A stretch of DNA of 64,000 nt, taken from NCBI GenBank assembly GCA_017499595.2, contig CM039001.1, positions 1,550,001-1,614,000 on the forward strand, in the 5' to 3' direction. The stretch is from Psilocybe cubensis. Taxonomy: Eukaryota. A model generated the notes under the pieces. The model worked only from the letters and a program-made list of their open reading frames with translations. It was not told the DNA's origin and made no database searches. This document shows positions 38,126 through 50,792 of the stretch, piece by piece; the first letter of the stretch is position 1; every line of letters begins with the position of its first letter. Made by a program: the position numbers and the translations under genes.

Positions 38126-41100
38126 TTAAGACTGCTGCAGACGGTCGATCTTCTGTGACAACTCTTGCAATTGTTGTTTGACAGTGCCGATTTCTTTCAA
38201 GATCGTAGCTTCGGTCGACTGTAGGCCAGATATCAACGAATATCGGATGACAAACGATCGGAAACATACCTGGACAGTATTCGGGAATACTTTGATCAAT
38301 TCTTCGAATGGGATTTTACTGATCTCCAATCCCTGACAGTTAGGATCATCTACAACAGGATCTCTGTTTTCGGGCAAATCTTCACTGCCTTCATCATTTC
38401 CTCTAAACCAATTTTCCATCCAAGTATGTTTACGTCGATCAAATGTCGACTCCACAAAAGCGATCAGTGTCAATGGAAGAATAAATATGAAGCCCATGAC
38501 ATATCGGTTAAGCTATGACACAGTAAATTCCAGTTAATGACTCTGTAGTTCTCTCTCTAGACAAATACTCACTTTTGCGTATGTCTTCTCTTTCAGTCGA
38601 ATAAATGGAAGGAATCTTGAGAGTGTGTCCATCAATAATATTTTTACTGATCCTGCAAAAGAACGCACTCTAAAGGAGCCACCAGAAAGGCCTCGATGAG
38701 ATTAAAAGGTGCAGGGTATACATATGAATCGGGAGCTCTTATCATCCCAACGGTCTTGCTGGCGAAGAAAGCTAGATATTGTGCTTCTGCGTCTTCGATA
38801 ACCTGTTACTTTTGTTGTCAAATGATCGATCAAATATTTGGCAGAAAACGAAACGACTGACATCTGAGTAGGCAGACGAGAACAGAGAAATCAACACATT
38901 CAACAAAATGATAGCTGTCACGGCATTCCATCTATTATCGAACTCAATCAACCGAGGCGGAAATGAGCAGGATATACACTAACAGATAATAGAGCATAAG
39001 ACCGGTTGGGCTAAATTTCGAGAAGATCATTGCACTGTCAACACTTGTAAATAGATAACAATCCTGGTCTAACCTTGCTGCAAACTTTCCGTAATCAGGT
39101 GCTCTGGAAATCAAGGTCAATCTCTTAGTTTTCAGAAAACGTGGGTTGGGCGCACTGAAGTAATGCTTGTATCAGAACATTGATAACCTTTTATAACGGG
39201 TAAATGAGAAAAATTGACATTCTCCATTATGGAGGCAATATAATTACTGTAGAGGGAGGCTCCGTTGAGCCATCAGCGGCATCCAAAGCATAAAGGCCTT
39301 GTGCAAACCCGACAGCAAGGACCGATAGTAGCTAGATGTGCATTCAACTTTACTGTTACTAACGCGTGCGAAAACCCAATTAACTTACAGCAAAAAAAAT
39401 CCCTGATTCTTTTAACATGCGAGCTACACAAATTTGCATTGTGCCAATATATCTGAGATATAGTAAGATATCAGCATATTTAAGCAAGAGGAAATTAGCT
39501 CGCACTTATAGCCGTCGAAAATAGTGACAAGCTCTGTTGATAGAAAGTGTTATTGATAGAATTGGTAATGCTAACAATTAACTTACTCATCCTGTTAAAA
39601 AGGTTAGACTAGAGGGTCATCAGATGGATTTAGAGAAAAAGCTCACCAGATGAACGGCGATACACAACTCAAAACCTGAAAACTTCGGAGACGCATGACT
39701 GATTCCTTTTCTCCTTCAGCAATCAGGCTAATGACCCGAAGTATGAAAGCCGATATTAGCAAAGTATCTGTGACGAATGCGACTGCATTCCAGAAGGAAA
39801 ACGCGCGCCATGTCACAAATCGTAGAAGTATGTATAGCTATAAGGGTGGTCAACTGAGGAGATATTGAAGTGGATACGAGAAAATGATACTTTATGAAGA
39901 TCTTTTGCCAGTCAGATTTGGGAGATATTTTTACATCGATAAATACCTACCTTCAACGGTAAACGACAAGGCCATCACATAGAGTACGAGTTCCCACCCG
40001 TCTAGCACGCGGTGTGCATCGTTTAAGCGTTCCAATGGTTCTCGAACTACGATACGCAAATGGGAAATACGGACATTTGACTTCGTTAAGCACTTACCCG
40101 CCCGAGAGTAAACGACCAGGAAAAACAACCACACAGTTATGCGAAAAATATTCTGATACCTAAGAATATATGACGTTGACATAACAAGTGACTTGAATAT
40201 TATAGACGACAAACCTCGGTACAGACAAACGTGAGGGATCAAAATGACCCCAAAACGAATGTTCTCGGGTGTCGGCGTATACAACGTCTGTATTTAGATT
40301 TGTTCAAATAGCATGTAAATAAGATCAATGTACGTACAATCAATATCGTGGTTTTCATTATTCTTTTGAATGAGGTCTCCTGTCCACAATGCGTTGACAA
40401 CTATAGGCCCCCTTGAATCAATGTCTGCACGTATTAAGTTGCACTATTGACTTTCTCACCTTCTTGGGCTTCACTAGACGACAAGAATATGGTACTGGAT
40501 AAATAAAGCGATAGTTGTTTTTCATAAATATTTTATTAGACGATGCAACGGCTACTATTGCGCACCAGTGTTGGTCGATTGCCATTTCTAGAGCGCTGGA
40601 CATTTCGCTTTCGTCCCCGTCAATTTGACGATGCTGATAACGCTTCGCCATTATATCTTTGACACGGCTCGGTTCTGCTAGGTGCACAATACGCCGCGCC
40701 AAAACCTCACACGCAATGGCTGCTGAAGTTGCAGATAGAGTTACGAAAGACATGGCACGAGAACTGACCTCGTCCTCTATTTTCTCCATAGTCGGCCGGG
40801 TTATGGTTTGCATCCCAGATAAACTCAGCTCTCGCGCGTAGAAGGCAGTAGGGAAGCTACCAATGTCATTGTGTAAAACGGAGACTTGAGTAGTATCATA
40901 CTGGAGCTTACAGCCTCTGTGAAGTCTCCCGCCGCGGCCTTGTACGCACTGATGACTTGAGGAGTAATGATTCTGCTTGTAGGTTCGCTGATGCTCTCAA
41001 TGTCAGCTTCCACTGGCAAAAGTGTGAGAGTCAAGGCCCTTAATCGCTTCACGAGCTCTGCAGGAAGGTTGAACACATAGTCTGGGGATAAAGAAAAGAG

Positions 41101-41192
41101 ACATTACTAGTCAATGTATCTGGTGTAGGATTGACGGACGTGACAGACAAAAGGGAACGGACATCCTCCGCGTCAGATGGAGTGCCGTTCAT
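38126..41192 (-). CDS. YVC1: Vacuolar TRP cation/Ca2+ channel (TRPY1-like), many short exons
   Basis: LVKRLRALTLTLLPVE, ACEVLARRIVH, SALEMAID, six TM segments, LLNVLISLFSSAY, RAPDSYVYPAPFNLIE, C-terminal coiled coil. Confidence 0.9.
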
Positions 41193-41347
41193 AGATGCTC
41201 GCCTGGTTGTGAATGAACCTGTGGAGGTCGTGCGGTGTAGACCAACCGAGTTGAGGAAGGCCCCTGTTAGTCACCTGACGGACGTCATTTCGCCTAGAAT
41301 AACTGACCTTGTTGCCAACTATGCGCAAACAACGCCTACGGATAACC

Positions 41348-42045
41348 ATGCCTGTAAGTCCCCAGTTACGGACATATCTCCTGGTTAATGACAGTATATA
41401 GGCTTACCATTCATCGCTAAATGAAGAGCCTGATGTCAGGCAGGTCGGTAATATGTCCATACTGCCAATTCGGACTCGCATTCGCGGCCCAGCGCCTATA
41501 GGTGATTTATGCCGTTTTCCTGTTCATCGTCGCGTTAACAGAAATGATCTCCCCACAGCTGATCCCTCCCAACCAGATATTATCGACGAAACTCTGGATC
41601 TTTTTCGCGCCAATTCTCTGTTCAGAAACTTTGAGATAAAAGGGCCTGCGGATCGTACCCTGATTGTTTTGATTCTCTTTATTTCTGATTGCCTCGCTAA
41701 GCTTGGTACCGCACGCACCGTCCCCACCCAGATCGAAGCCAACAAGTTACTGAACACTTTATCTGTGGATACATTTCCAATTCCAGGAGATGCAAATTTC
41801 CCTTTAAATGCACACTACGCCCAACCATCCAGTCGCGCGGAGGCCGGTTTGTGCTATGCTTCATACCCTACGCATCGGCGACTGATAAGTCTGTAGATTA
41901 TCTTCGTCAATATCTGACGCAAGTAAGACAAGAACTTGCAGCCAGACTGGTGGAAAAACTGTACGCCGATGGTACTGGAAAGCCTAGCAAATGGTGGATG
42001 TCATTCCAGAAGAGGAGGTTCATGAACAGGAGTTTGGGTTCATAG
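41348..42045 (+). CDS. ARC18: Arp2/3 complex subunit ARPC3 (p21)
   Basis: MP|AYHSS...RGPAP...DIIDETLDLFRANSLFRNFEIKGPADRTLI...LRQYLTQVRQELA.RL...PSKWWMSFQKRRFMNRSL. Confidence 0.97.
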
Positions 42046-42154
42046 ACAACTGCGTTTCCACCTCTTCGACATTGACTGTAGTTCACTATGCAATGAATGG
42101 ATTGTACATCATGGGTTCTATGGATGACTCTGAACAAAAGTACAACAACAACGC

Positions 42155-43754
42155 CTACTTTTTCCTCCTCTTCTCATTGGGATTTTTTCTACCATATCCA
42201 ATCTGTGGCATGTCGCCATCCATACCCCTACTCCGCACCGTTCGTCCCTTACCACCAGATCCGACACTGAGGATCTCGGGAACCCAATCAGGATCCATCC
42301 AACTGCTTGTACTAATCCTATTCTCTACACCTCGTGAAAGTATCCCTTTGGTGAGTCGTTCTTCTTCTCGTTCGCGCTTGCCATCTGCTCTCTTCTTTGC
42401 GCGTATATATTCAATTTGATCCTCCCTCAAAATAAGATTGGAACCAGGCCCCGTCTTCGCCGAACCTGGTTTAGGGCTAGGAATAGAATAAATTGTCCCT
42501 CGAGTTTTATATTGGAAATTGGGCTTGAGATGAACTTGCATGACAGGGGCGTTGGTTGAGGCATTTGGTGCTGCGACGGTGACCGATGCACGCAACAAAG
42601 TAGGATTTCCGCAGGAGGGACAGAACTTTCTCGAATTATCTTTGCAAATTCTGAACATCGAACTCCGTCAGAACGACTACATAATTTTCGAACGATATGC
42701 TAAACTTACTTGAAACAAGCATGGCATCGAAGAACCCAGCTCTTTATCTTCTCTATTCTCTTCCCTTCAAGGCCAACAAGGTTCAGACCCATTTGCAGCA
42801 AAACGTTTTGCATCGCGAAATCAGCTGTCATACACCCGGCCCCGATGATGCCAACTTTTTTGCCTTTACTTTGCAAACCACCTTCTGGAAGCAGGTCTAG
42901 AGCACGCGATTTGTGTAGGTTGACGTTGGCGGGGGTGATCCACTCGCCCTCGCCGTCATCCTCCTGGTCAGAAGGATCGTCGAATATTGGCGAGGGTGTC
43001 GACTTCCGTGCCGAGGTTGAAGTTTCTGATTGAGGCTCCCGACGCTCAGAACTTTCAATGGAGTGTAGCTCTACATTCAGCGGCTCCAATTGTTCCTCTT
43101 CGCCTAGTCTTTCTTGCTCTTCTTGAGGAACATCTTTTTGGTTGATGAGTTCGTTCACAGGATTCTGTTGAAAATTTCCGTCCTCGAGGTCGGTTTTCTC
43201 TAATTGGTCAGATAAATCTTCGATTGTTACAGTAGCCTCAGACTGCGTTGTCGAATCAGCTTCAACTGCTACGGGTTCTTCAGCTTTGGTCTCTTCTGTA
43301 GTCACCTACTAACCAAAGGATTAGTAAGGAAGGAAGATGCCATACCTTGAGACTTGCCGTTTGGACCATTTTTTCCTTAGTTATTTTATCTTCTTGATCC
43401 AACAGATATGTAAGTGCCAAGACGCACAAATCGGGATGTGATAAAACTGAATAATCTCCAGTTTTCTTCGCCCATTGAATTACTGCGACAGTTTACATCA
43501 ACTTTTATCATATGGGCAAAACATCACATACCATGGGCCAAGCTCGCTGCATCTGGCGACCTGATCTCCACATTCACACCAGAAAGCAACCCCAAACGTT
43601 CAAAATGCTCTCTTGCTCTGCTATCTTTCAATTCCGCCAAAACTTGGGGTACAGTAACGTAGGTTTCGGCAAGTCCTCGCAAGGGAGAAAGAGACAGAAG
43701 AGGCCCTGCATCGAGCACCAGTTTCTTGCATTTCGGTTGCTGGACGTTTGACAT
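42155..43754 (-). CDS. NOB1: 20S pre-rRNA D-site endonuclease Nob1
   Basis: PIN domain LVLDAGPLL...TVPQVLAELKD, GEWITPANV, TADFAMQNVLLQMGL, zinc ribbon LRCHACF...FCPSCGN, RGTIYSIP.PK, LILREDQ. Confidence 0.96.
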
Positions 43755-44049
43755 CGAATGGGCAGAATGATTTAAGATTTCCTTTAGATGATCAATGGGC
43801 AATTGCACAATTACAAGTTACAACTTGGAAGCAACTTGTAAGTACTGAAAAAAATAGCACGTGGTATTGATCTATCCGTATCGATGACTGAGTCGTTCCA
43901 AGTGTGGGTTCCAAGATAAGATTAGATTCGGCCGACTACCATGTACTCACCAACCGAAATTACACAAAAATGACCCCTGGAAGCGTCCTCTATGATTAAC
44001 CCTTCTTGAGGTCTACTTTCATCACCATATAAACATCTGCTCGAACAAT

Positions 44050-45432
44050 ATGTCGCCCAAATCGTAAATTTTCTGGATTTGTAACATCTGAATGCCGCTC
44101 ACCAGACTTATAGGTTCCGGGTTGTTGTCCTTCCAGGAGATGGGATTGGTAGGGGATCAATCCTCTATATCTGTAGAGTAGCATGTGCTGACAATGCTGC
44201 AGGACCAGAAGTCATTACAGAGGCCGTCAAAGTGTTGGAAACCGTATCGGAACTGTCTCCAGACTTTGATCTCAGGCTCGAGTCTCACCATTTCGGAGGC
44301 ATTGCCATCGATTCTGTGGGGGAACCTTTGCCTGCTTCTACGTTGAAAGCATGCCAGGAGGCAGATGCTATTCTGATGGGTAGGACTTGCAATGACCTGG
44401 CTTGCAGTTGAAAATTTATCTGACATTGTTATGATTGATTTAGGTTCCATCGGGGGGCCTAAATGGGGTGTAAATGCTAAAGTTCGCCCCGAACAAGGTC
44501 TCCTGGCTCTTCGCAAAACTCTCGGTTTATATGCAAATATCCGTCCAGCTAATCTTGCTTCGGACTCCCTCTTAGACTATTCCCCCCTCCGTCCTGAAGT
44601 AGCGCGCGGAGTCGACATGATTGTCGTCCGTGAACTCATCGGAGGAGCCTATTTTGGACCACGGAAGGAACAGAACGTCGAGCCTGATTTCGATGTGGCA
44701 TGGGACACGATGATCTACAGCGTTGCAGAAGTACAAAGAATCACTCGCGTTGCTGCCCAAATTGCTTTAGCTGCAAATCCTCCCTTGGAAATTCATTCCA
44801 TCGACAAGGCCAACGTATTGGCCAGCTCTCGACTTTGGAGAAAGGTTGTCACCGAGACCTTGGCGGCAGAATATCCACAACTTAAGCTTGACCATCATCT
44901 AGTTGATTCGGCTGCTATGGTCATTGTCTCCAACCCTCGGAAATTGAACGGTGTGATCTTAACCGAAAACCTGTTCGGAGACATGTACGTTTGACTAATT
45001 TATAAACGAAATACTTTGCCTCTGACCATCATATCCAACTTCCAACTATACGGCAGCTTGTCTGACCAGTCTAGTGTCATTCCCGGTTCTTTAGGTCTAC
45101 TCCCTTCGGCTTCTCTCGCAGGAGCTCCCTCAGCACCTTCTCCCGATTTCAAGCCGACCCCCGGTCTGTATGAGCCTATTCACGGATCCGCACCTGACAT
45201 TGCTGGACAAGGGATAGCAAATCCGATTGGCACAATTCTCAGCGCTGCCATGTTGCTCCGATACTCACTTGGTCTGGAAAAGCCTGCACATGCCATTGAA
45301 GTAGCCGTCCGAAAAGTTTTAGACACTACCGAATCCGGTGGTCATGGTCTCAGGACCGCTGACCTTGGAGGCAAGGTTTCCACGAAAGAAATCGGCGAGC
45401 GTATCGTTCATGTTCTCAAGGAGATTCTGTAG
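44050..45432 (+). CDS. LEU2: 3-isopropylmalate dehydrogenase
   Basis: [85 protein letters not shown]. Confidence 0.98.
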
Positions 45433-45666
45433 ACCACTATAACGCCTTTAATTCTGGGCAGTGGCATCTAAATACAAATTTCAGAGCAAATGATGGCTGG
45501 TCGCTCATAAATTCATCATATCGTTTAAAATACAAAATTAAAACTTTCACGTGGAACGCGAGGTACAAATGCAAGTACATGGTATACTTCTCTAAGTAAT
45601 TTTGTCCATATTTATAAATAAATTCAAGTCAAAAGGTCGAAGGTCTATATTCTCAGAGTATTCTTT

Positions 45667-48200
45667 TCACTTGGAAAGTACGATGCATGTCCTAGTAGGG
45701 ATGTAAACCTTACATAGATAGATCAGCGTTTCTACTGAGGCCCCCCTGAATCAAGGTAAATGCAATGACGTACCTGGAGGAAATTCTTCCGACCATTCCA
45801 TTCCAGAGGGGTAGTGAAGAACTTGCTATCTAACATGATGTTGTCAAATCCTCCAAAACGTTTTTCGTCGCTGCTCAAAACTATTTTATATTCCCCAGCT
45901 TCTTCAACACCTACACGATAGTCTGTGAAGCTTTGAGTGGGATGGAAGTTGAAGATGAAGAGGAGGCCTGCTCGCTCGAATACGATAACTTTGTCCAGCT
46001 CGTTTTTCAAAGACACGTAGGCCTGTGTCAATGCTCCTTGAGATTTTTGTCTATAATCTTTAGGTGAGTATCTTACTTGTGGTGCGCCGAGCCAGCCGTA
46101 TCGTGCGGCTGCGTGGTTCATAGCTCGGTCAAAATTGTTGAGGTACTTGTATCTCAAAAGATGGTCGTCGACAACATTCCACTGACGACGAGCGTAATGG
46201 AAGGAATTTCCGTTACCCTCGCGGGGGAAATCGAGCCACTGGTATCAATCAGTATAAGGGGAAAGAAAATGTTCCAACAGGAATCAACGTACCTCGGGAT
46301 GTCCAAACTCGTTGCCCTCAAAGTTGAGGTAACCTTCCCCACCAAGCGAATGGGTAAGTAGTCTGGGCGAGAGATGAGCGGATTTACAATTTAACAATAT
46401 TAGGATATCTACCGTATCATTTTGTGCAACGCGAGTCCACGAGCAATTATTTCAGTCATTGGCGTCAAATCGGACATGTTTGTATCTGAAAAGAGTTGCT
46501 ATAGTCATTGGGGAAAGAATGTAAAGAAAGATAACATACACATCTCCTTGTCCATTAGCCAAAAGGCTATCGTCTTGTCCCCTACAAGTGCCTGATCATG
46601 ACTTTCGCAATAAGCTATACTCTTCTCGCCATGACGCCTGTTGGTTAGAGTAAACACAATATTGCCCATGTCCCATTCGTCATCATGCTTGTGCTTCAAA
46701 AGCTTAATCCACATGTCTGGAATTGCCATAGAAAGGCGATAGTCGAATCCAACTCCTCCAACATCGACCGGCTTGCCCAAAAGTGGCATTCCGGAGACAT
46801 CCTCGGCAATAGTGATCAAATGAGGATACAACTCATGCATACAATCGTTGGCCTATGCAGTGAACATTAACATCTCGAAGCCTAACCGGTAAAAAATGAT
46901 GCTTACAAGCATGAGATATACGATGCCTTCTTCATCGGCCCCGTCTCCAAAGTATTCGTGATATCCTCCGGAAAATCCAGTTCCGATACCATGATGTTTG
47001 TACATCATGCTCGTAACTCCGTCGAAACGGAACCCATCAAAACGGTATTCTTCTACCCAGAAACGTAGATTGCTGAGCAGGAATCGAAGGACTTCGTGAT
47101 GCCCGTAGTTGAATAAACGGCTGTCCCAGAGCTCATGGCGACCTTTCCCCCCTTCATGAAAGTAGAGGTGGTCAGTGCCATCGAACTCGTTAATTCCATC
47201 TAGAACATTTTTGCATGCATGGGAGTGCACGATGTCAAGAAGCACTGTAATGCCCATTCCATGTGCAGTGTCGATAAGTTCCTTCAAATCTTCAGGGTTG
47301 CCATAACGGGAGCTTGCAGCAAAAAAGCTAGTAACCTGATATCCAAAAGCTTGGTGGGCAGTTAGGTCAGCGCGTTGCGCGAAAACAAGGAATTATTTCT
47401 TACAGGCGTAGTATGCATGTTCCATGATCGCCATCAGTTGAATTACATTATAACCAAGGTCCCTGATCCTCGGGAGAATGTTCGTTGTAAATTCTTTGTA
47501 GGTCCCAACTCTGGGCTCTGAAGATGAAATTCCGACGTGTGCTTCATAAATCCTCACGTCCGCCGGCCTGGGTGGGGATGCATGTTGGAATGTGTACCTT
47601 TGCGAAGTTGGCGGGTTCCAGAAACGAGCATCGTACACAGGAGACACAGATAAGTCCTGAGTAACACGTTTTATCCATGCTGGTAGGCGCTCAATGCGCG
47701 AACCATTGGGAAGTACCATCGAAATCTATTGAATTCAACCCGGTCATTCGGAGGCCCCTGAATATACGAAAAGCGCTTAACCTTGAGTTTGGAATCATGG
47801 GGTATAGAACAGGCGCCAGAGGGAAGAGGGGGCACGACAATTTTCCACACTCCAAATTCATCCCTTTCCATAGGATGACTAGTCCTATCCCAATCGTCTT
47901 TTGAAGGTCTTAGAACTATTTATAACCAAAAATCAGACGAGACTCACTAAAGTCGCCAATGAGGTATGCTTCCTTTGCGTTGGGAGCCCACTCCCTGTAA
48001 GTAACCTCGTTTTTGGAACCGACATTCAAGCCAAATTTGAGATAGCCTTTTGTGAACTTGTCATAACCTCCCTCGTGTCTCTCGAAGACGTCTTTCCATT
48101 TCCTGAAGCTGTTATGACGTTGGATGATAGCGGGTACATCTGGTTTGAGGTACTCGTCGATATCAGTAATCGTTTTTGGTGAAAGAGGTTTTGTCGACAT
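45667..48200 (-). CDS. GLC3: 1,4-alpha-glucan (glycogen) branching enzyme, GH13_8
   Basis: [79 protein letters not shown]. Confidence 0.98.
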
Positions 48201-48735
48201 GGTTGTCAAGTGCGGAGGGGACACGATGAAAGTCGGAACCAAGGTGGAGAGGTTCAAACTTTTTGACTGGCGAGGCTCGCGAATTCGAGGGTTATCGCTC
48301 CAGCAATCCAGATGGGGGAGAATGACGTAATATGCAGATTGAAATGAAGCACAGCCACATAGCTACTAAGCTAGTTTTTTGCGCCCCTCGCCCCGATCGG
48401 GGTATCCGAGACCCCTATACTGCTATGCGAATCTGGGCACTAATTTTCGAAACGATAAGGGTTATAACATTGAACAATCGCAGCCAATGTCACAATTGGT
48501 GCTATTAGAAAGAGTACATACCAAGGCCTGGCAATTGGAAACCTTACAGATGCTCAGAGAATAATGTTTTCCAGAGGTAGAGACGGGCCGGGTGGACCGC
48601 CATGGGATCACCCGTCTGCCGCGGTGGTTGAATACTGACTACTGACACATACACAAGCCACATAGTCAGGGTAACTTGGTACTTGCAGTTTTCTCTTCAC
48701 AAACTCTCACAATTTCTGTACACGAATGACCCCAG

Positions 48736-50114
48736 ATGAGAGTTACACGGTCTGCGACCAACAAAACGACACCGAGATCAGAGGAAGAAAACAGCATTAA
48801 TGAAGACCCTTGGTCGGAACACGATTCGGATTCCTTGCTCACTGTGATCGAGGTGGACATCATGTCGAGTCGCTCAATGTTTGATATTTTTTGACCCTCT
48901 CCATACAGGATCACCTCAAGAATGCACAGTCAGAGCTTAGCAAGTTCAAGCTTCAGGTCGAAATTCTTCGAAACGAGAAGCGCGATCTCGAAACAGAACT
49001 TGCTAATGTCAATGCTCTAATTTCTCGCGAGAACATGAGAAAGAAGTCCTCGCGTCTGAGCAAGACAACTAAGGACGCGGATTCAGAACACGAACTTCGC
49101 AGCAGGATTGAAGAACTTGAAACGGTGTGGTTTCATATTGTCTTTAAAAGCCGTGGAACCCAACATTCTCACTTATTATATTGATTAGGAAAATCAAAAG
49201 CAGAAAAAGTACATTGCTAAGGTAACGATGGTGTAAACCTAGCACAACGGATTCCATACCCTAATTTGATCATCTGCAGCTCAAGAAAAAGGCACTACAG
49301 GATGAAGTCGATGATCTCCTACCAAAGAATAGTGGGAAATTGAAAGGCAAAGATGTCGAAGTAGACTCTGAACATCGCATGCGCAAAGTTATTTCTTTCC
49401 AGACAATCCCGTCCGAGCTAAACTGATTGTTTTCAAGTTACTCCGCTGCTTTTCCGATCTCATGATGTTGACGACACTTCAAGATGATTTGACTCAAGAG
49501 TGTCCTATCTGTTTTGAAAAATTACAATTGAAACAGTGCTCAGCGTATGCGTTTTCATTGAATTGCTATATTTTTGGAAAATAATATATTTTACAGTATG
49601 CAATGTCAACATTTGGTTTGTGACGAGTGCCTACCGAAGATCTCCAAAGAAGCAGATGATACGGTCAAGTGTCCTGAATGTCGTGATCCAACAGATAGAG
49701 ATGATGTTGAGAAGGTCTATATGACAGAACAACAACGATGGGATGAACTGCTTCGCGTCGCCAGAGATTGGGTTAAAATAGATCACCGAGGGGAAGAAGA
49801 GACCTCTGAAGAGGAGGCAGAAGAAGAATTTATTGATGACAAAACAAGGTATATTTCATATCTTACACTCCTTTCCCAAAATACTGACAACTCGCATGAA
49901 TGATAGCTCCGAAGTATCATCCGAGGGTGTAAATGAATTCAAGAGTCCCCAACATACAGCCTTTGATGTCCATTCTCCATGTGGAGACGGCGACGACCAT
50001 CCACCGACTTCTTCGCCTACTAACAGCCGATTATTCTCTGAGTCTCCGACCAAAGAAAAAAGGAGAAGACTGGAGCAGCTCGCTGAGGAACGGGCGAACA
50101 AGAGAAAGAGGTAG
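48736..50114 (+). CDS. Coiled-coil C3HC4 RING-finger protein (putative E3 ligase)
   Basis: Spliced RING ECPICFEKL...CQHLVCDECL...VKCPECRD; N-terminal coiled coil; C-terminal KEKRRRLEQLAEERANKRKR. Confidence 0.8.
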
Positions 50115-50792
50115 AGAACAATAGTCATTCGGTGTGCATTATCGATAGCGGGGCATTACATATCCAAATGCGTAAGTGATAAAGCCACTTCAAAAGCCCG
50201 CAAAGTTAAGAGAACCAAGAGCCTTTTCCGCTATCGGCTTTGCATGATTACATGACAATGGCTTTTTAGAATTTTTTTGACCGAAAGTAATTAAATTTTT
50301 AACCTTTCCTTCCTAGCGATAGACCTGCAAGACGGATTCAACCAGCATGCTGCTGCCCTCAAGCGAGTGATACCTCGATATGCCAAGACGCAGAACAATC
50401 CGTATGCGCTGCCAGAAGCTCGAGAAAGTCAGAGATGACACACGACTGTCCCATTTCACATGCTGAGACGCACTTCAAGAAACAATTTAAGGCTCACTGA
50501 GGGCCTGATAGATCGGTGATTGTTGTATCCGAAGTCGGCGGGTCTTATGCGAAGTAAATCTCAAAGGGAACCCAAATGCAAAGGCGGTTTGATAGTCGCG
50601 CGTTGCCACGTGACCGCGATTTTGGTTGAAGCTGGATTGATGGAGCAAGCTGAATGGACTTTATGCTTTTGATGCTCTAAGACTACAACTTGCCACCATT
50701 TCGCTGTGCCAGGCTGTTCTCTGGTAGCTCTGTATACCCATAATCGCCCCCACGTTTGATCCTTGTTTTATATTTCCTATTTCTATCTGTGC

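Noticed and set aside
43884..43895. Gcn4/CpcA-like site upstream of LEU2 (ATGACTGAGTCG)
   Set aside because: One mismatch to TGASTCA and a single copy; not distinguishable from chance.
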